From Oopsacas minuta (Eukaryota; Animalia; Porifera), in contig JAKMXF010000327.1 in the NCBI GenBank assembly GCA_024704765.1, forward strand, positions 282,784 through 346,783: DNA of 64,000 nucleotides, written 5' to 3'. A model generated the notes under the pieces. The model saw only the letters and a list, made by a program, of their open reading frames with translations. It did not search any database and was not told the DNA's origin. The first letter of the stretch is position 1, and the number at the start of each line of letters is the position of its first letter. Position numbers and translations under genes: made by a program. Of this stretch, positions 12,814 through 26,099 are shown piece by piece.

Positions 12814-13728
12814 CAGTCAGGGGACAAAAGTATTCGAACACACAAATATATTGTCATAAATTGTATATTCTTTCCCGCTCCTATATATTGTGTAGTCTAT
12901 ATTCGTAGCCGCTATCTAGTAATTTGTATAGAATAACATATGTTTTTCAAGAATTTCAAAAAAATATTAACGATTTACACTTTTTGAAGCTGTTGATTAT
13001 AAATAATAATTAGATAATTATTGATAATCAAAATATGTGGTAATTCAAAGCCTATTAAGAATCTATAATTTCTGACTTGATATTTGAATTCTACGTAGGC
13101 GAGTTACCCCAGATTGAAATTTCCAATCGGATTGAACAATTTTTACCAGAGTTATAGATGAATTTCAATTTGTGCCATTTATGCCACCTTTTGCCCAAGG
13201 TGGCACAAATGGCCGCTACCAAGAGGTTATTTTGGAATTCAAGGGTTAGCATAGTCATATCATTCGAAAATATTACTTCGACTTATTCCTCCTAACTCTA
13301 GTTGATTTCCTTGTAGTGGCGCTGTTTCCTGCCACCTGTGCCACTTTTTGAAAAAAGTGGCACAAGTGGGACAAATTGAAATTCTTCTATAACTTTGGTA
13401 AAATTGTTCAATCCGATTGGAAATTTCAATCTGGGGTAACTCGCCTACGTAGAATTCAAATATCAAGTCAGAAATTATAGATTCTTAATAGGCTTTGAAT
13501 TATCACATATTTTGAATATCAATAATTATCTAATAATTATTAATAAATAACACCTTCAAAAAGTGTAAATCGAAAATTTGTTTTTTTGAATTTCGTGAAA
13601 AACATGTTATTCTATGCAATTACTAGATTGCAGCTACGAATATAGACTACACAATATATAGGAGCGGGAAAGAGTATACAATCTATGACAATATATTTGT
13701 GTGTTCGAATACTATTGTCCCCTGACTG
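12814..13728. mobile_element. 915-bp Tc1/mariner-type MITE with ~360-bp TIRs
   Basis: Starts CAGTCAGGGGACAAAAGTATTCGAAC and ends with its near-perfect reverse complement. Flanked by TA. A second copy lies at 62492-63404. Confidence 0.95.
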
Positions 13729-13894
13729 TATATATATAAATATACTGTAAACATTTCATGATTTATGGCGAATACTACCAATTATGGAGAGGTGATCATT
13801 GTGCAAGGTCATAACTAGAATAATAGTCTCAAATGTTAGTAATGGGTACTACTATAACCATCATGGCACACTTTTCGACAATAATGCACATCTT

Positions 13895-14085
13895 TCACAT
13901 CTCGGTTGTTGCCATGGATGGAATTGATTTTCCTCATAACGTTGTTCCAAAGCCTCGTCTTTTTATGTTTATCTCCGCGCACTGACCAGCAGTACCTCTC
14001 AATTTATCTCCAGCATCCTGGATTACCTCAATGAGTGTATACTCCTCTTCCTTTGTCCCTACTCTTGCTTTAGAATATCAAAACC
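13895..14085 (-). pseudogene. Myb/SANT-like Harbinger accessory protein (truncated)
   Basis: SKARVGTKEEEYTLIEVIQDAGDKLRG...KTRLWNNVMRKINSIHGNNRDVKDV with one frameshift. Confidence 0.7.
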
Positions 14086-14289
14086 TCCACCAATTTATAC
14101 TTTTCATAATGCAACAACTAGCTCCCAATTCAAGTGCAATACTTGATACATCTCACAAGTAAATATCCCAACTTCAAAGCCCGACATCCTACTTAGATGT
14201 TTCAAAACTACAAATTCCATGTTACCTTACAATCATTAACTATACAAAATGTTTACATATCTACATCACAACATATATGCTATGCGAAT

Positions 14290-15334
14290 TTAGTTGTTGA
14301 AATTATGAATAGAAAATTGATGCCTGTAATGCTTTGATGCCCAATACCCAACAGTTTCTTCAAAGTCAAGAACATCATCCGGATAAGAATCATTGGAGAC
14401 TTTATCCTCTAAGAGAGGTTGTTTCCACTGTATTGCTATGTTATACAATACTGCACAAGCAACTATGATGGAACAAACTTTATCTGGACTCATCCTGAGC
14501 TCTCCATGAAGACAGTGGAATCTTCGTTGCCATCGCCCAAATGTCTGATCAACAATAACTCTTGTCCTCTTATGTGCATAGTTGTAGTTAATTGGGGAGT
14601 GGATATTGGTTGGCGATAAGGAGTGAGTAAATATGGCCTCATCATGTAACCGCTATCTCCTAATATATGCTCTCCTATTGAAAGGTATTTTCAACATGCA
14701 TCCCAACACCTGAAATCTTCCAAATCCGTGAATCGTGAACAGACCCAGGAAAACGTGCCAATACATCACTAAACATTCCATCTGTTTGGCAAATAGCTTG
14801 GACGTTAATTGAGTGGTAAAAATGCGGATTTATATAATCTGCTTCATCTTCAGAGGGTCTTTGGATTCGTATGTGTGTTCTGTCAACTAATCCAACTACG
14901 CCTGGAAAGTGAGCAATCTCATAAACTTATTTTTGACTACCCTCTTGAAACCAGCAGGCAAACTAACAAACTGATGGTATATAGCTTGTAAACCCAGAGA
15001 AACATCTCGGATATAACGAGAAGCAGAAGCTTGGCTTATGTTTATCCCATTTGCACAAATTATCTGGAACGTTCCAGAAGCGAAAAATAGAAGTGCCATA
15101 CAAACTAGCAAGTGAGGGGAAGCAGGATAAGAACGCTCAGTGAAATTCAAATAGTTAGCTATCAACTCTGTTATTTTAGATATTGAAACTCTAGAGAAAC
15201 GGAAACGTCGAACAAGTTCCATATCATCGTAACAATTCACGTAGGGGATCATTGAGATCCCTGAAAACTCGTTGACGTGCCATTGAGGAAGAGGTTTCTT
15301 CTTCTGCGAGAAATAGTGGAATCATCTGTGCCAT
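14290..15334 (-). pseudogene. HARBI1-like Harbinger DDE transposase
   Basis: RVFRD..P, ELVRRFRF, ALLFFASGTFQ, LLGDSGY, YNYAHKRTRVIVDQTFGRWQRRFHCL and IIVACAVLYN. Several frameshifts. Confidence 0.93.
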
Positions 15335-15801
15335 TGTTTATATTAAAATACTTGAATATTTTATATATTATATTTGATCATAAATTGTATTTAGCAAAAC
15401 ATTCATTAGTGTAACTTGGAATGTATAATTCAGAATGATATTATTTAACATTACGTACAAAGTAATGCATTCCTTAGTAACACATATGTTATATCATAAG
15501 CATTCGGGGCATTCCTTGCAACATTATTTGTGGAATATTTCATGAACGTAAACCACAATATTATCGTGAGATCATGCATAAAACATGAAAAGTTTTAAAA
15601 TATATTCCTGAATGATTGAAAGTAATTCAGTAAAGAAATCCATAAGAAACTCACAAATTCATGAATATAAGTGATACTTAAGTATGTACTTAGTTAAGTA
15701 CATACTTAAGTACGTACTTAACTCTTAGTGAATACGACTTAAGTATGTACTTGACTAAGTACATAGTACTTAAGTATTAAGTATGCTTAGTGAATACGGC
15801 C

Positions 15802-15918
15802 GCAGTTTCATGGTCCACTGCAAACAAAATGTACCCAACATTAAGAAAACTAAGGATATGATTAATCTCTCCATAAAACTCCCTTTGGATACATCCCATT
15901 AAGGTCGAAGGGATGGAT
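15802..15918 (+). mobile_element. CR1/L2-clade LINE fragment (left of P-element insertion)
   Basis: WSTANKM..NIKKTKDMI...PIKVEGMD, which continues in frame after the P element. Confidence 0.8.
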
Positions 15919-18900
15919 CATAGCCTACTAAATATAAGGCCTAACAGTAAAAGTACCAGGGATGCGTTATTAGCTGATATTGGAGAATTCTGTTATTGTC
16001 TTAAAAATCTAATCAAAATGTTTTCTCAAGTGTTATTAATAATCCCTCGCTGGTATTAAACTAAGATATTGAAATTCTATTTGAAGTTCATTGAAACTAA
16101 TGTTATTGGACAAAAACCCAATCAACAAAAATAATAAATGTAAATACATATAATTACAATAATAATACATACACTCCACAAAATCATGAGAACTTTTTCA
16201 GTTTACGTTTTTCTATACCCTCTAAGTTACAAGTGAATTATAGTTCTTAATCTTGTTGGCCAGAAAGCAATTAGTAGTAGTAAAAATAAGTTTACGCAAG
16301 ATATCCCATCTAGTAACATTACAGATAGGACAGTTTGATTTCCAGATATCAATACTTGCATCATCTTCATGTATATCAATGTGAGCTCAACTAATATTTT
16401 TCTAGGTGGACCGTGTACAAGTAGATTCGCCAAATGATCATTGTCCTCAATAGCAAATAGAATCCTCCAGAGAGTAATGACAGAGCTAAGAACATGCTCA
16501 GATGGATATTTGAGCCCCCCTCGATCTGTAAATTGCAAGAGCTTGAATTGAGAAATGGAATCACTATCAGGAATAAATTCTTTATCATAAGTTAGCGTAT
16601 CAGTGTACAATCTACACTCTTGAAACCCTTTCAAGAATTTATAGACCGAATATCCTCCGATACAAGCTAACGACTGGAGTATCTGCTGAGTGTATTCAAT
16701 TGATAATACATCACCAATTCTATCAAGATATGGTTCAAGATCTATTTGGTCATCACTAGAAGTACTAAAGGGTGAAGTAAAAGATTTGACAAAAGTATGT
16801 ATGGATTGACAAGGGTCTCGTTGGTCAGAAAACATTTTTAGGATGTTAGAGAGCTTAAGACGACGCACGGATTCAAGAATTTGAATGTAGGAAATATGAT
16901 GAATCGAACCAGCCATCATACGATAGAGTCCAAAATGATGTTCCAATGGGTCTGTTGGCAGAAATGCAGACAAAACATAAGAAAATCCACAAGACTCAGT
17001 TAGATAGTTTGTTCTCTGTTCTAAAGCAATACAAGCGTGTCTCAAACTAGTATACGTTTGCTTACTCAATTTACCCGATTTTCCAGGTAAGGACTGCCAA
17101 GCATCTAGCCAATATACTATACGAGCTAAATATATGAAACGCTCATCGTGTGAGATCAAAGGTGTTGAGAGATTGTCATTTAAACGGATGCCTTTGAAGG
17201 GTGTACTAACATTGAATATTTTCTACAGAGTAAGGATTCTAACAAACGTAGAGGTATTATTACGATATTCTTCACAACGTTTTTCATTTTGAATCTCAAG
17301 AGCGGATAGTGTTAGATCATTAAAACCTTCAGAATCAATCTGACATTCTGTCTTTCTATACTAGAAGGAAAACAAGCTTTCGCTGTTAACTGAGGAGCCA
17401 GTTTCGCTAAACTTCCTCTTTCAGAGCTGTATAGAAGGCGAACATCTGGAAAAGATGCTGAATGGAGACAAAGGGGGTACTGGCATTTATCAATCTCAAA
17501 ATCTTCTAACTTGGGGAAATACATTGTCTTATCAAAATTCTTCTGATTCAACCAATTATTACGTATACTTTTTAAAATATGAACAAAATCGAATGTGAGG
17601 AAGAGAAATCTAGTAGGATCAAATGGGTGAGGCACCCTAGTTTCCAATTTGCCACTCAGAGAAAATAGCTTGAAAAGATTTACATTCAAAGGATAATTGT
17701 CAGTTGAAATTACCTGTACACGTAAACCACAATTCTCAATATCAATGATACACTCTTTGATGATGGGAAATATCTTTTCAGCGGAAATAGAACCACATGG
17801 TAATAAACGTGAAATACAAGACCATTTCTTATGTAAACTAGATACCATTACCGCAAACACAGTTCTGGTTGGGTCCTTTGGGTCTAAATTAGGAGCAAAG
17901 ATTTCCCTCCTTTATACGTAATATCAGATTTAACGTGTATTTCTTCCATTTAAACTATAACATTTCTCTCCAATGAACTGAAGGAAGAAGTAGCTTGGGA
18001 GAGATAGGTAGCGAAATAGTTTCCAATGCCAAACGAAGGATACAATTTATTTAAGGTCGGAACATGCGGTAGAGAAAGACACTCTAAACCTGGAGATAAA
18101 CATAACATGCTGGAGAAATGAGATGAGTCTTAATTGACATGACTTGTGTAATTATATTGTACCTTCGCCTGTTATTTGGAATAAATATATTGTCTAATTG
18201 ACAGAGGATAAATAGGAGCTTGGCTATAACTGAGGAAGAATAATTTTAGCTATCCTCTATGCTAGCTAAATCAATAACCTTCTCTATGTGTTGTTTAGCG
18301 CGAGGAATATGAAATGAATGTGATTTATTATTATGATCATCAGATACAATTTTTGAGGAAATTTGATGTAATAATGATTCAATTTGTCGAATATCATTAA
18401 TTGAATTAAGAGAAGTAGGTATGCTTTGTCCATAAACAGATAAAAATGAATTTATTTCTAGATATAAATCTACTAAAATAGTTTTTTCAATAAGACGAGG
18501 AAGAACAAACCGTGTACTAGAATTGTCAGTATGCCATCTTAACCAATTGTCTGGTAACACAATATAATTCAACTTAGCTTTCAGATCCTGTAAATTCCTA
18601 ATGAAGAATTTGTGTTTGGCTTCACTCTCAGATTTAGACTAAGCTGAATGGTTTGATTCAACATTTCTTTCTCTTTTGATTCATAAGACAAACGAGTACG
18701 TTTGCTTGTCGATGTTGGTGAATAATAAGAGGGGCAACCAGGAAGTAAACAGGGAATTGCCCCTTCTTTCAGCTGAAGTTTATCGCGAGGTACACTAGTG
18801 AAAGTACCGTCACCATTGGGAACCTTATGAAAATACTCAACATTTTCTTCACGGAAATGCTCGATACATACATTAACAACCTTGAGACGATCAATATCTT

Positions 18901-19297
18901 CACGGTGAAGAGCGCGTATCCAGGTATGTTTAAGTTCAGGTGGATTCTCTGGCATTCTGAATATATGCACTCTGTCATCTGGGTAGTAATTACTTGTGCA
19001 ACCTGGGGCAGAACAGGAACTGGGCATCAGAGATACAATATACAAGCTAATAGTGAGCAGAAATGGATTATAAAATGCCATAGATATGTGATGGAATATC
19101 ATTACTAGTAACTAGAGTATATCAGTGAAAAAATTTGTATTTGAATATATAACTATTATAATGAATTTAAACAGTATGGTTAATTAATAATCAGAAGTTT
19201 TAAAAATAGAAAATGGGTAGTTAATATAATCAGCTAATAACTTATCCCTGGTATAACAAATGAAGTTACTGTTAGGCCTTATATTTAGTAGGCTATG
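15919..19297 (-). mobile_element. Full-length P-element-family transposon
   Basis: Perfect 32-bp TIR CATAGCCTACTAAATATAAGGCCTAACAGTAA. 7-bp TSD GATGGAT (15912-15918, 19298-19304). Confidence 0.97.
16227..19027 (-). pseudogene. THAP-domain P-element transposase (THAP9-like), frameshifted
   Basis: THAP MPSSCSAPGC...WIRAL...VCIEHF...AIP, then VISTDNYPLN, FDFVHILKSIRNNW, ERQNV, and PTDPLEHHFGLYRMMAG. Confidence 0.93.
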
Positions 19298-19800
19298 GAT
19301 GGATATAAAACGAGTATCTAGAGTTAAGCTGTTAGGCAAAATTTTGAGCGTAAAACTCGTTTGGAGTGAAAATGCCACCTATGTTTGTTCGAAAGCCTCT
19401 AGACGTCTATACCAGCTGCGGAGAACTGGGCTTGACAGAGGTAGCTTGCTCATGTTCTATGGGTTTGTAATCAAGCCAGCTGTTGAATTTGTCTGTCCGG
19501 CGTGCCATACATCCCTAACCATGGCAGATTAGGTCATGATAGAGTCATCCAAAGGAGAGCCATGAGAATAATTGAACCCAACTTGTGTTTTGACGTGGCA
19601 TGTGATAAACACCACCTGGTTTACCTTAGGCTCCGGAGAGAGAATTTATTCCGAAAATTCTCTCTGCCACATCCCACAAATTTCACCATCTGCTACCCGA
19701 ACCAAAAATCTCCCGTTACTCCCTTCGTAAGTCATCAAATCTATTCCTCCCAAAACCAAAATCACCCGGTCTAAGAACTCTCTTTTACTCTATAAACTGT
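19298..19800 (+). mobile_element. CR1/L2-clade LINE 3' fragment (post-RT region)
   Basis: DIKRVSRVKLLG..LVW....VCSKASRRLYQLRR...LLMFYGFVIKPAVEFVCP...IQRRAMRII, degenerate. Confidence 0.85.
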
Positions 19801-20516
19801 AAAATTTTCAATAGTTCACCTGATACCTCTTAGAGTTTCATTTCTAGATACTGATGTAACGCCTGAAGTTGATGACTCGAACACACTGACGATATTACTG
19901 CAGCTGATATAATGAAGATCCTATGAGATGCCAAAGTAGATGAATGGAAGATACTAATGCCCCTGGAATGTTTTGATTGTACAGTTGTTAATTTTTGTGT
20001 TTCATTTTGTATGTATGTATTATTGGAAAGGCTTCTTATCCTATAGGTACTATCTGGAGAAATTACATTCTGGTCAAATTATATCGTTCAATCAATATTC
20101 ATACGGAAGAATATTGTTTAAGTGAAAAGCCTCCAGGGATTGAGAATCGGGAGGGTACTTTTTGTATTCTTTATGTTTTCAGATATTTTGTAAGGGTAAT
20201 TTAGCCAAAGAACTACAAATTAAACCTTTTTCTCTCTTTAAAATATTCTGACAAGCCAACAAAAATTCTAACAAATGAAGTCGGTGTTTGAAATTATTCT
20301 TACAAGTGAAAGCTCGGAAAACACTATGATATATATAAAGCTTTTTATTAGCAAAATCATTATTTAATTCGAAAACCTTGATAGAACCTGTTCTAGATCA
20401 TTTGGCTTTTCAACATTTTGATCCTAAATTAATAATTCACGTTTTACTATTATCTCAAAGTTGGAGAATATTTGTATACATATTTGCCAAGTACGCTAAC
20501 GGGTTATGTCATTCAG

Positions 20517-22139
20517 GGGCCTCATTCACTAAACAACTTAAGTAAAACTTAAGTTTCCGTTAAATATTCCTAAATTTTCAAAACTTAATAGAATACTTAA
20601 GATTTGCTTAATACTTAAGTATAGTAACCTATGTGTAATACTATATCTATTTACTCGAACAGTAGTTGACCTCAATTTTTAGTCTACGATTTCTCGCCCT
20701 CCCAACTACAAATTTCGAATTGATCTCTATTTGGGAAATTCCATTAATCTAAGATTTCATAGCACTATGACCATATCCCTGAAATTTCTCTATCAAATAC
20801 CGTTAGTCAAGGACCGAAAGAGATGGTTGGGAAATATTTCGGGGTAGGCAAATATTTACGTACGAGTAAATACAGTACATCATAGTTTCCTAATCCATTT
20901 AACAATATGGTAACATGTAATAATAATATAACACCGAAGGCCATATTGAAGAATGTTGGTGAATTACCCAATAATATGATAATAACTGTTTAAAATCTAA
21001 ACAAATAAGTATAAGGTGGTGAAAGATACTATTGATTGATCCAGCAGCTGAGAAACGTTAAGTAGTTCTAAATTATATAAATCTTCGAAAACGCTTCTAG
21101 TGTTTATATCATAAATTCGAAAAATGGACCTTCAACAAGATAAAACTAATACAAGATCGAAAAATTACCGCAGGAAGAAATCAATACATTAGTTCACTTA
21201 GTGAAGAAAATAAATCTAGGCTGTTTGGTAGCTTTAGTGCATCGCTAACATTCGAAGAAAAATCTTCACTTTGGGATCAAATTGCGAGTGGTTTAACAAG
21301 TCAACACGGTGTGCATAGGTCTAGAGATGCCACAAAGAAGTGGTCTTACCTTTTATGCAAGCACAAACCTCTAATTGCTAATAAAATACAATCTATCAGA
21401 AAAACTGGGGGTGGACCAGCTGATGCAGAGTTAACCCCATTGGAGGAAAAGATCATAGCAAAAGGGGTACAGAATGCTTCGAGGGAATTAGTTGTGGAAT
21501 AGACGTCTCTCCTTAGCCACAAAGTCCCCAACTATTAGCAGACCAAATCCAATAAGTCCTTCATTCCCATTTGATGGTAAAGCACCTGCAGTTAGTAGGG
21601 AAAGAAAACATTCACAGTTGGCAACGTCCATTGACGATGATACAAAAGAGGATGAGAAGTTAGAACTTTTGAGAGAGATCAAAGAGAATTTGCTATCAAT
21701 TGGGAACGTACTCCAGTTACTGTCTGAAGTGGTACAAAATCAAACAACAATAATAAATCTCCTGGCACAACAATCGTTTCCATTCGTTGCTCCAAGCAGA
21801 TTTCCAACGAATTTCCCCCCTGGTAATCTACCATAATCCACAATTTTGATAATTTTAGTTTTTTTGCATAATTTATATTTGTGTATTGCTAAGTTAGAAA
21901 GTAAGGCAACGGCGTTCCCCCATGTCTGCAACTGTTATTCTATATTATATTCAAATGAAACTACACTTGTTATAATAACTAGTATAAAAAAATTGTAATA
22001 GTTTAATAGACAATCAAAGTTAAGTCAATCATAGACATGACTTAAGTTTTTTGGTAATATTTGGGTAAGTTTAAGCAAATACTTAGTTTTTGCTTAAAGT
22101 TAAGCAATCTTAAGTTAAGTTGTTTAGTGAATGAGGCCC
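20517..22139 (+). mobile_element. Non-autonomous Harbinger element carrying only a Myb/SANT ORF
   Basis: TIR GGGCCTCATTCACTAAACAACTTAA at both ends. 3-bp TSD CAG (20514-20516, 22140-22142). CTTAAG subterminal repeats. Confidence 0.92.
21124..21836 (+). pseudogene. Myb/SANT-like DNA-binding protein (MSANTD/NAIF1-like)
   Basis: RSKNY..EEINTLV..VEENKSRLFGSFS...KSSLWDQIA...RSRDATKKWSYL...RKTGGGP, with frameshifts. Confidence 0.85.
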
Positions 22140-23117
22140 CAGATCTAACATTTTCACTAATTGGGTTATTATGAACTGATACATATGAATAATGCATGTA
22201 TTCGGGTAAAAATGAACCAGTTCTTTCACTTTCTTATTATCGACGATTATAGAATTTCTCTTAAAATATATCCAATCCATTTTATCCCTGGCTCGTGGAA
22301 ATTTCCAGTGAGCAGCATTATATTTAGTAGGTTAAAATCTAAATAACTTATCCGAATATTACTTTAAAAAGGTATGCCAGACTTTTACACTAATACACTC
22401 TAGTAACAACATTATCCTTGGGGTGAAGCCACGGTAGCAGTCATAATGGTGGATTGCGGCCACCCAAAGTCGCCAAGATTGTATTGTCATTCACTGTAGA
22501 ACTTGTACCAGCTACCACTTTTGGTGCAATGCAACCCCTAAAAAGGAAAGTACAACGTCAAACATATCAAGAAAACCAAGGTCAAACAAAATAACCCCTA
22601 ATAATTCATACCCACTAGAGGTCTTGCAAAAGCGCTAATCCGTGTAGACTCATAACTTGTGATGAAATACAAATTTAAATAATGATTTAACTAAATATTA
22701 GGAAAGAGATAAAATTATTTCAATATTTAATGGCCAGTATATTCGGACCCTAAAGAATAGAGCCGAAGTGAGAAAACTTGGGCCTGGCATGCGGTCTATC
22801 ACTCACTCTCTCCACAAAAATAGGGTTGCTCCTTTTTCATATGGCTTTGCACAATTACATCTTATACGCAACACCACTGAAGATTATTAGGTAATCTACA
22901 TATGTGATTTGACGAATAAAGTAATTTGACTGCGAAAATAGATCATAGACTTTGGATAAGTCAAAGGTTTTTGCGGCGCATGATAGCATCAGAATAAAGA
23001 AAATTGTCATTCTAGAACAAAACTTAATTACTAATAAATGGAATCTATTATGGAATATATACTAAAATGACTACAACGTCAGGACAAATGAAAGATCAAG
23101 TAATATCTCGTCTACCA

Positions 23118-23888
23118 TCAATCAACATGTTGAGGTAATAACTCTACATCTTCCTGGTCCATTTGGTCATCTAAGACAAGAGATAAATAGGGGGAAACTG
23201 CATCTCCATCGCATAATACATGATCGCAACAGTCCTTACCAACATACGATATAGATACATTCTTCTCATTTAATTCTACATCTGATGGCAGACATTCTCT
23301 AAGAGCAAGCAAAGCATGTCGCATTAATTCCTCTAAGCTAGAGCAATTGGAAATATTGGAAATCTCTCTTTCAAGATAAGTCTTAGCAGATTGAGAACGA
23401 GCACCAATAGCCATAGCACAACAATCGTAGTAGTTGGCCGACGGGCATAAATGATAAATATGTGGGCCTAGAGAGTCATAACCAGCAACAAGCATTCCAA
23501 CACCATAAGGCCTTCGGCCATAGAATATAGTGCATCTGTGCATTCTAGAACTGACTCGAGCCATTAATCGAGATAGAGGCATTTCTTGGTCATGTGCATA
23601 CCGCTGATTCATACATTCAGTACGCATAAACTTGGTCAGCATCCGACCATCGGCAGTCAAACCAGCAATTGAAACAGATATATGATTGTCTATTGGATAT
23701 ATCTTTTTCTGATAGGAAGAGAGTTCAGAGGATGCTCGTTTGAGAGCAACTAATACTGCAAATTCTTTAGACTTTATTCCAATTGTAGCTGAACCCTGTT
23801 TCACTGCTTCCATAGCATATTCAACTTGATGAAGTCGCCCCTGTGGGCTCCATATAGAAACATCATAATCATACTGATTGCGATACAT
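23118..23888 (-). CDS. PSMA1: Proteasome subunit alpha type-1 (20S alpha6), intronless, 256 aa
   Basis: [66 protein letters not shown] and [12 protein letters not shown]. Open frame from ATG to stop. Confidence 0.96.
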   Translation of the reverse strand: MYRNQYDYDVSIWSPQGRLHQVEYAMEAVKQGSATIGIKSKEFAVLVALKRASSELSSYQKKIYPIDNHISVSIAGLTADGRMLTKFMRTECMNQRYAHDQEMPLSRLMARVSSRMHRCTIFYGRRPYGVGMLVAGYDSLGPHIYHLCPSANYYDCCAMAIGARSQSAKTYLEREISNISNCSSLEELMRHALLALRECLPSDVELNEKNVSISYVGKDCCDHVLCDGDAVSPYLSLVLDDQMDQEDVELLPQHVD

Positions 23889-26099
23889 TCTAGTATTGGA
23901 AAGACATTGTTAGAAAATATATATGGTGACAGAAGCAGAGTTTCACCTGGGACCCCTGGGAACAAAATTTGATCAATGATGGGTACGTCACAATTGGTTG
24001 TGCACACTTTAAAATAATTGGTGAAATACCTGGAGATACTCTTGTGGACATTTTACGTGTCCAATATCGAGAGAACTCATGGCATTTTACAGACTTCCAC
24101 CTAGAGTTACTTTTGAGACAATTATACGTAGCAACATTTTACTATGGTTTTTGGCACTGATGCGATATCTCTTAAATGGTGTAGATTTTACGCGAATTTG
24201 GCTTTTCAAGTGAAAAGCTAGTTATGTGTTCGTCACATAGAGTTGTGGCTATAAGTAGAATGTTACCAGTTAAGACAATTTATGATATCTAATGAAATAG
24301 TGCGTATATCAGCAAAAAGCCCTCTCAAGTCATTCAGGATACATCTATTGTTCCTATAGTGGATACAGCCAATTAAATAGTTAAACAATGTCTGTGCAAA
24401 CCTTGAAACCCCCAGGTATAGGTAGGAATTTATTCGATGATATAATATGATTAGAATAGTATACTATTATTGTAAAAGGTGTAGATTTCACACAATACAA
24501 TGTCATCGAATATATCAAACAGCAATCAGATATCAAGAACTTCCTATCCAATGGAAGTATTGAGATTAACTTAGAGGGAAGGCCATTTTGGGAAAACTTG
24601 GCCCGAGAAATAGAATTTAAGCGGGTGTAGAGATCACAAATATAGCCCAATGGGCCCCCGAACTAGTATTGTGGTTAGAAAGCATATTGATTGATTCAGT
24701 CCACTATCTAATAAGAAATATACATTACTACTTCCAAATATTGGGTCATATAAATATAAGATAAAAGAAATGAAAAATCTCGGTAAAAATCAAAGAAAAT
24801 TTTGAAAATTGGTTAATAGAGAAGCCATCGAGAAATTGCTTAAATAATAGAGAACTGGATAGAAAAATTACACTATAAGTATTTACGTTTAAGCACTAGA
24901 ACTAAATCATGCCTATTCATACATTCTTGTTGTAATATATGCACGATAGTTGCTTCAAATTAACAACTTCCCTTCACTGATGGACTGGTAGCGGACCACC
25001 AATGAGCCTTGAGACCTCAGCTGGAATTTATACAAGCTATTATATGTTCAGCCTAATTAGGGTTCTTCAAAATCTTCAGGTATTAAATGTACTATGCATA
25101 TGTCCATTAGGTACAGTGCGGATGTCAGTGAACTAATAAACAGGGGTTTCTGCCACAATAGAAACCCATGAACTATTCATTTATCTATAGGAGTTGCATA
25201 ATCATCAACGGTATAGGAACAACGCAATAATATATATTTAACAAGTTGTACACATATATATATATATAGTGAATGTAGGTCAGGAATTGAAATATCACGA
25301 ATTGCACGTTTCTGATATAGTATAAGTACTCTGATCTGAGTCTCCGACTGTGATATAGCAAGGAATAATCAGTTCTATCTTCCTCACCTATATAAACATG
25401 GTCAAAAATATCTCTACCTCAACTTCTGAAATTAAAACCCACATCCGAGGAACGAAGAAAAGTTAAGGAGTAATTTTGACATTACTCTACAACACTCAAA
25501 ATTGAAAGAATTGAAAATTCGAATACAAATCTTTCGCCAGTAGACATCACAATATCAGAAGAGCAGTTTGAGATTGTATCAAGTAAGTTACGTATTCAAA
25601 AGGCACATTTCCATGGAATGCTATGCTATTTAACACGACATTACCTAATATACTATTTTGGGTACAATTACACTAATGTACCTCTTTTTATTGGTAAGAG
25701 ATATCAAATCACTGCTAATAGATTTGAATAGAGTATGTTCAGAGAAGAATATTAACCGAAAGAAATTCAAAATCGGATGAATACTGACAAAGTTGGAACA
25801 TTTTTGGCTACTAAGCCAAATCCTATGGAGAAAATTGTATTATCGAATTGACCCAAATAATACTAATAGAATTGCTTGCATTAGACTATGCAATACAATT
25901 GGATGTGCATATTGCATATTGAGGTTAACGAGTACGAGATTTTGAGCTCAGCTTAACTAACAATGTAACAAAAGGAATGCAAAACCACAGAAGATATACT
26001 TCTGTGGCAAGCTAACCTTATCATATTACATTTTGCATTAGTCAACATAAATGTACTATTTTCCATTTATCACTTTAGAATTCATTCAAACACAAATCC

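Larger units (their letters stand above)
13890..15801 (-). mobile_element. PIF/Harbinger element (transposase + Myb/SANT ORF), one end missing
   Basis: Terminal cttagtgaatacggcc at 15786-15801 with ACTTAAGTA subterminal repeats (15675-15790). The other TIR was not found. Confidence 0.85.

Noticed and set aside
20638-20878. Possible pogo-type MITE inside the Harbinger derivative (tact..atttactcg / cgagtaaatacagta)
   Set aside because: The left end needs an insertion to match. Support is too weak.
22410-22655. Possible small spliced gene downstream of PSMA1 (74-nt GT-AG intron on the minus strand)
   Set aside because: The spliced frame (YESTRISAFARPLVGVALHQKW*) stops quickly and matches nothing I recognise. 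Upstream exons could not be joined.
24024-24212. U-box-like peptide FTCPISRELM...LPPRVTFE...RSNILLWF on the plus strand, divergent from PSMA1
   Set aside because: No start codon or clear splice context, the DPV motif is absent and spacing is off. It is compatible with chance.
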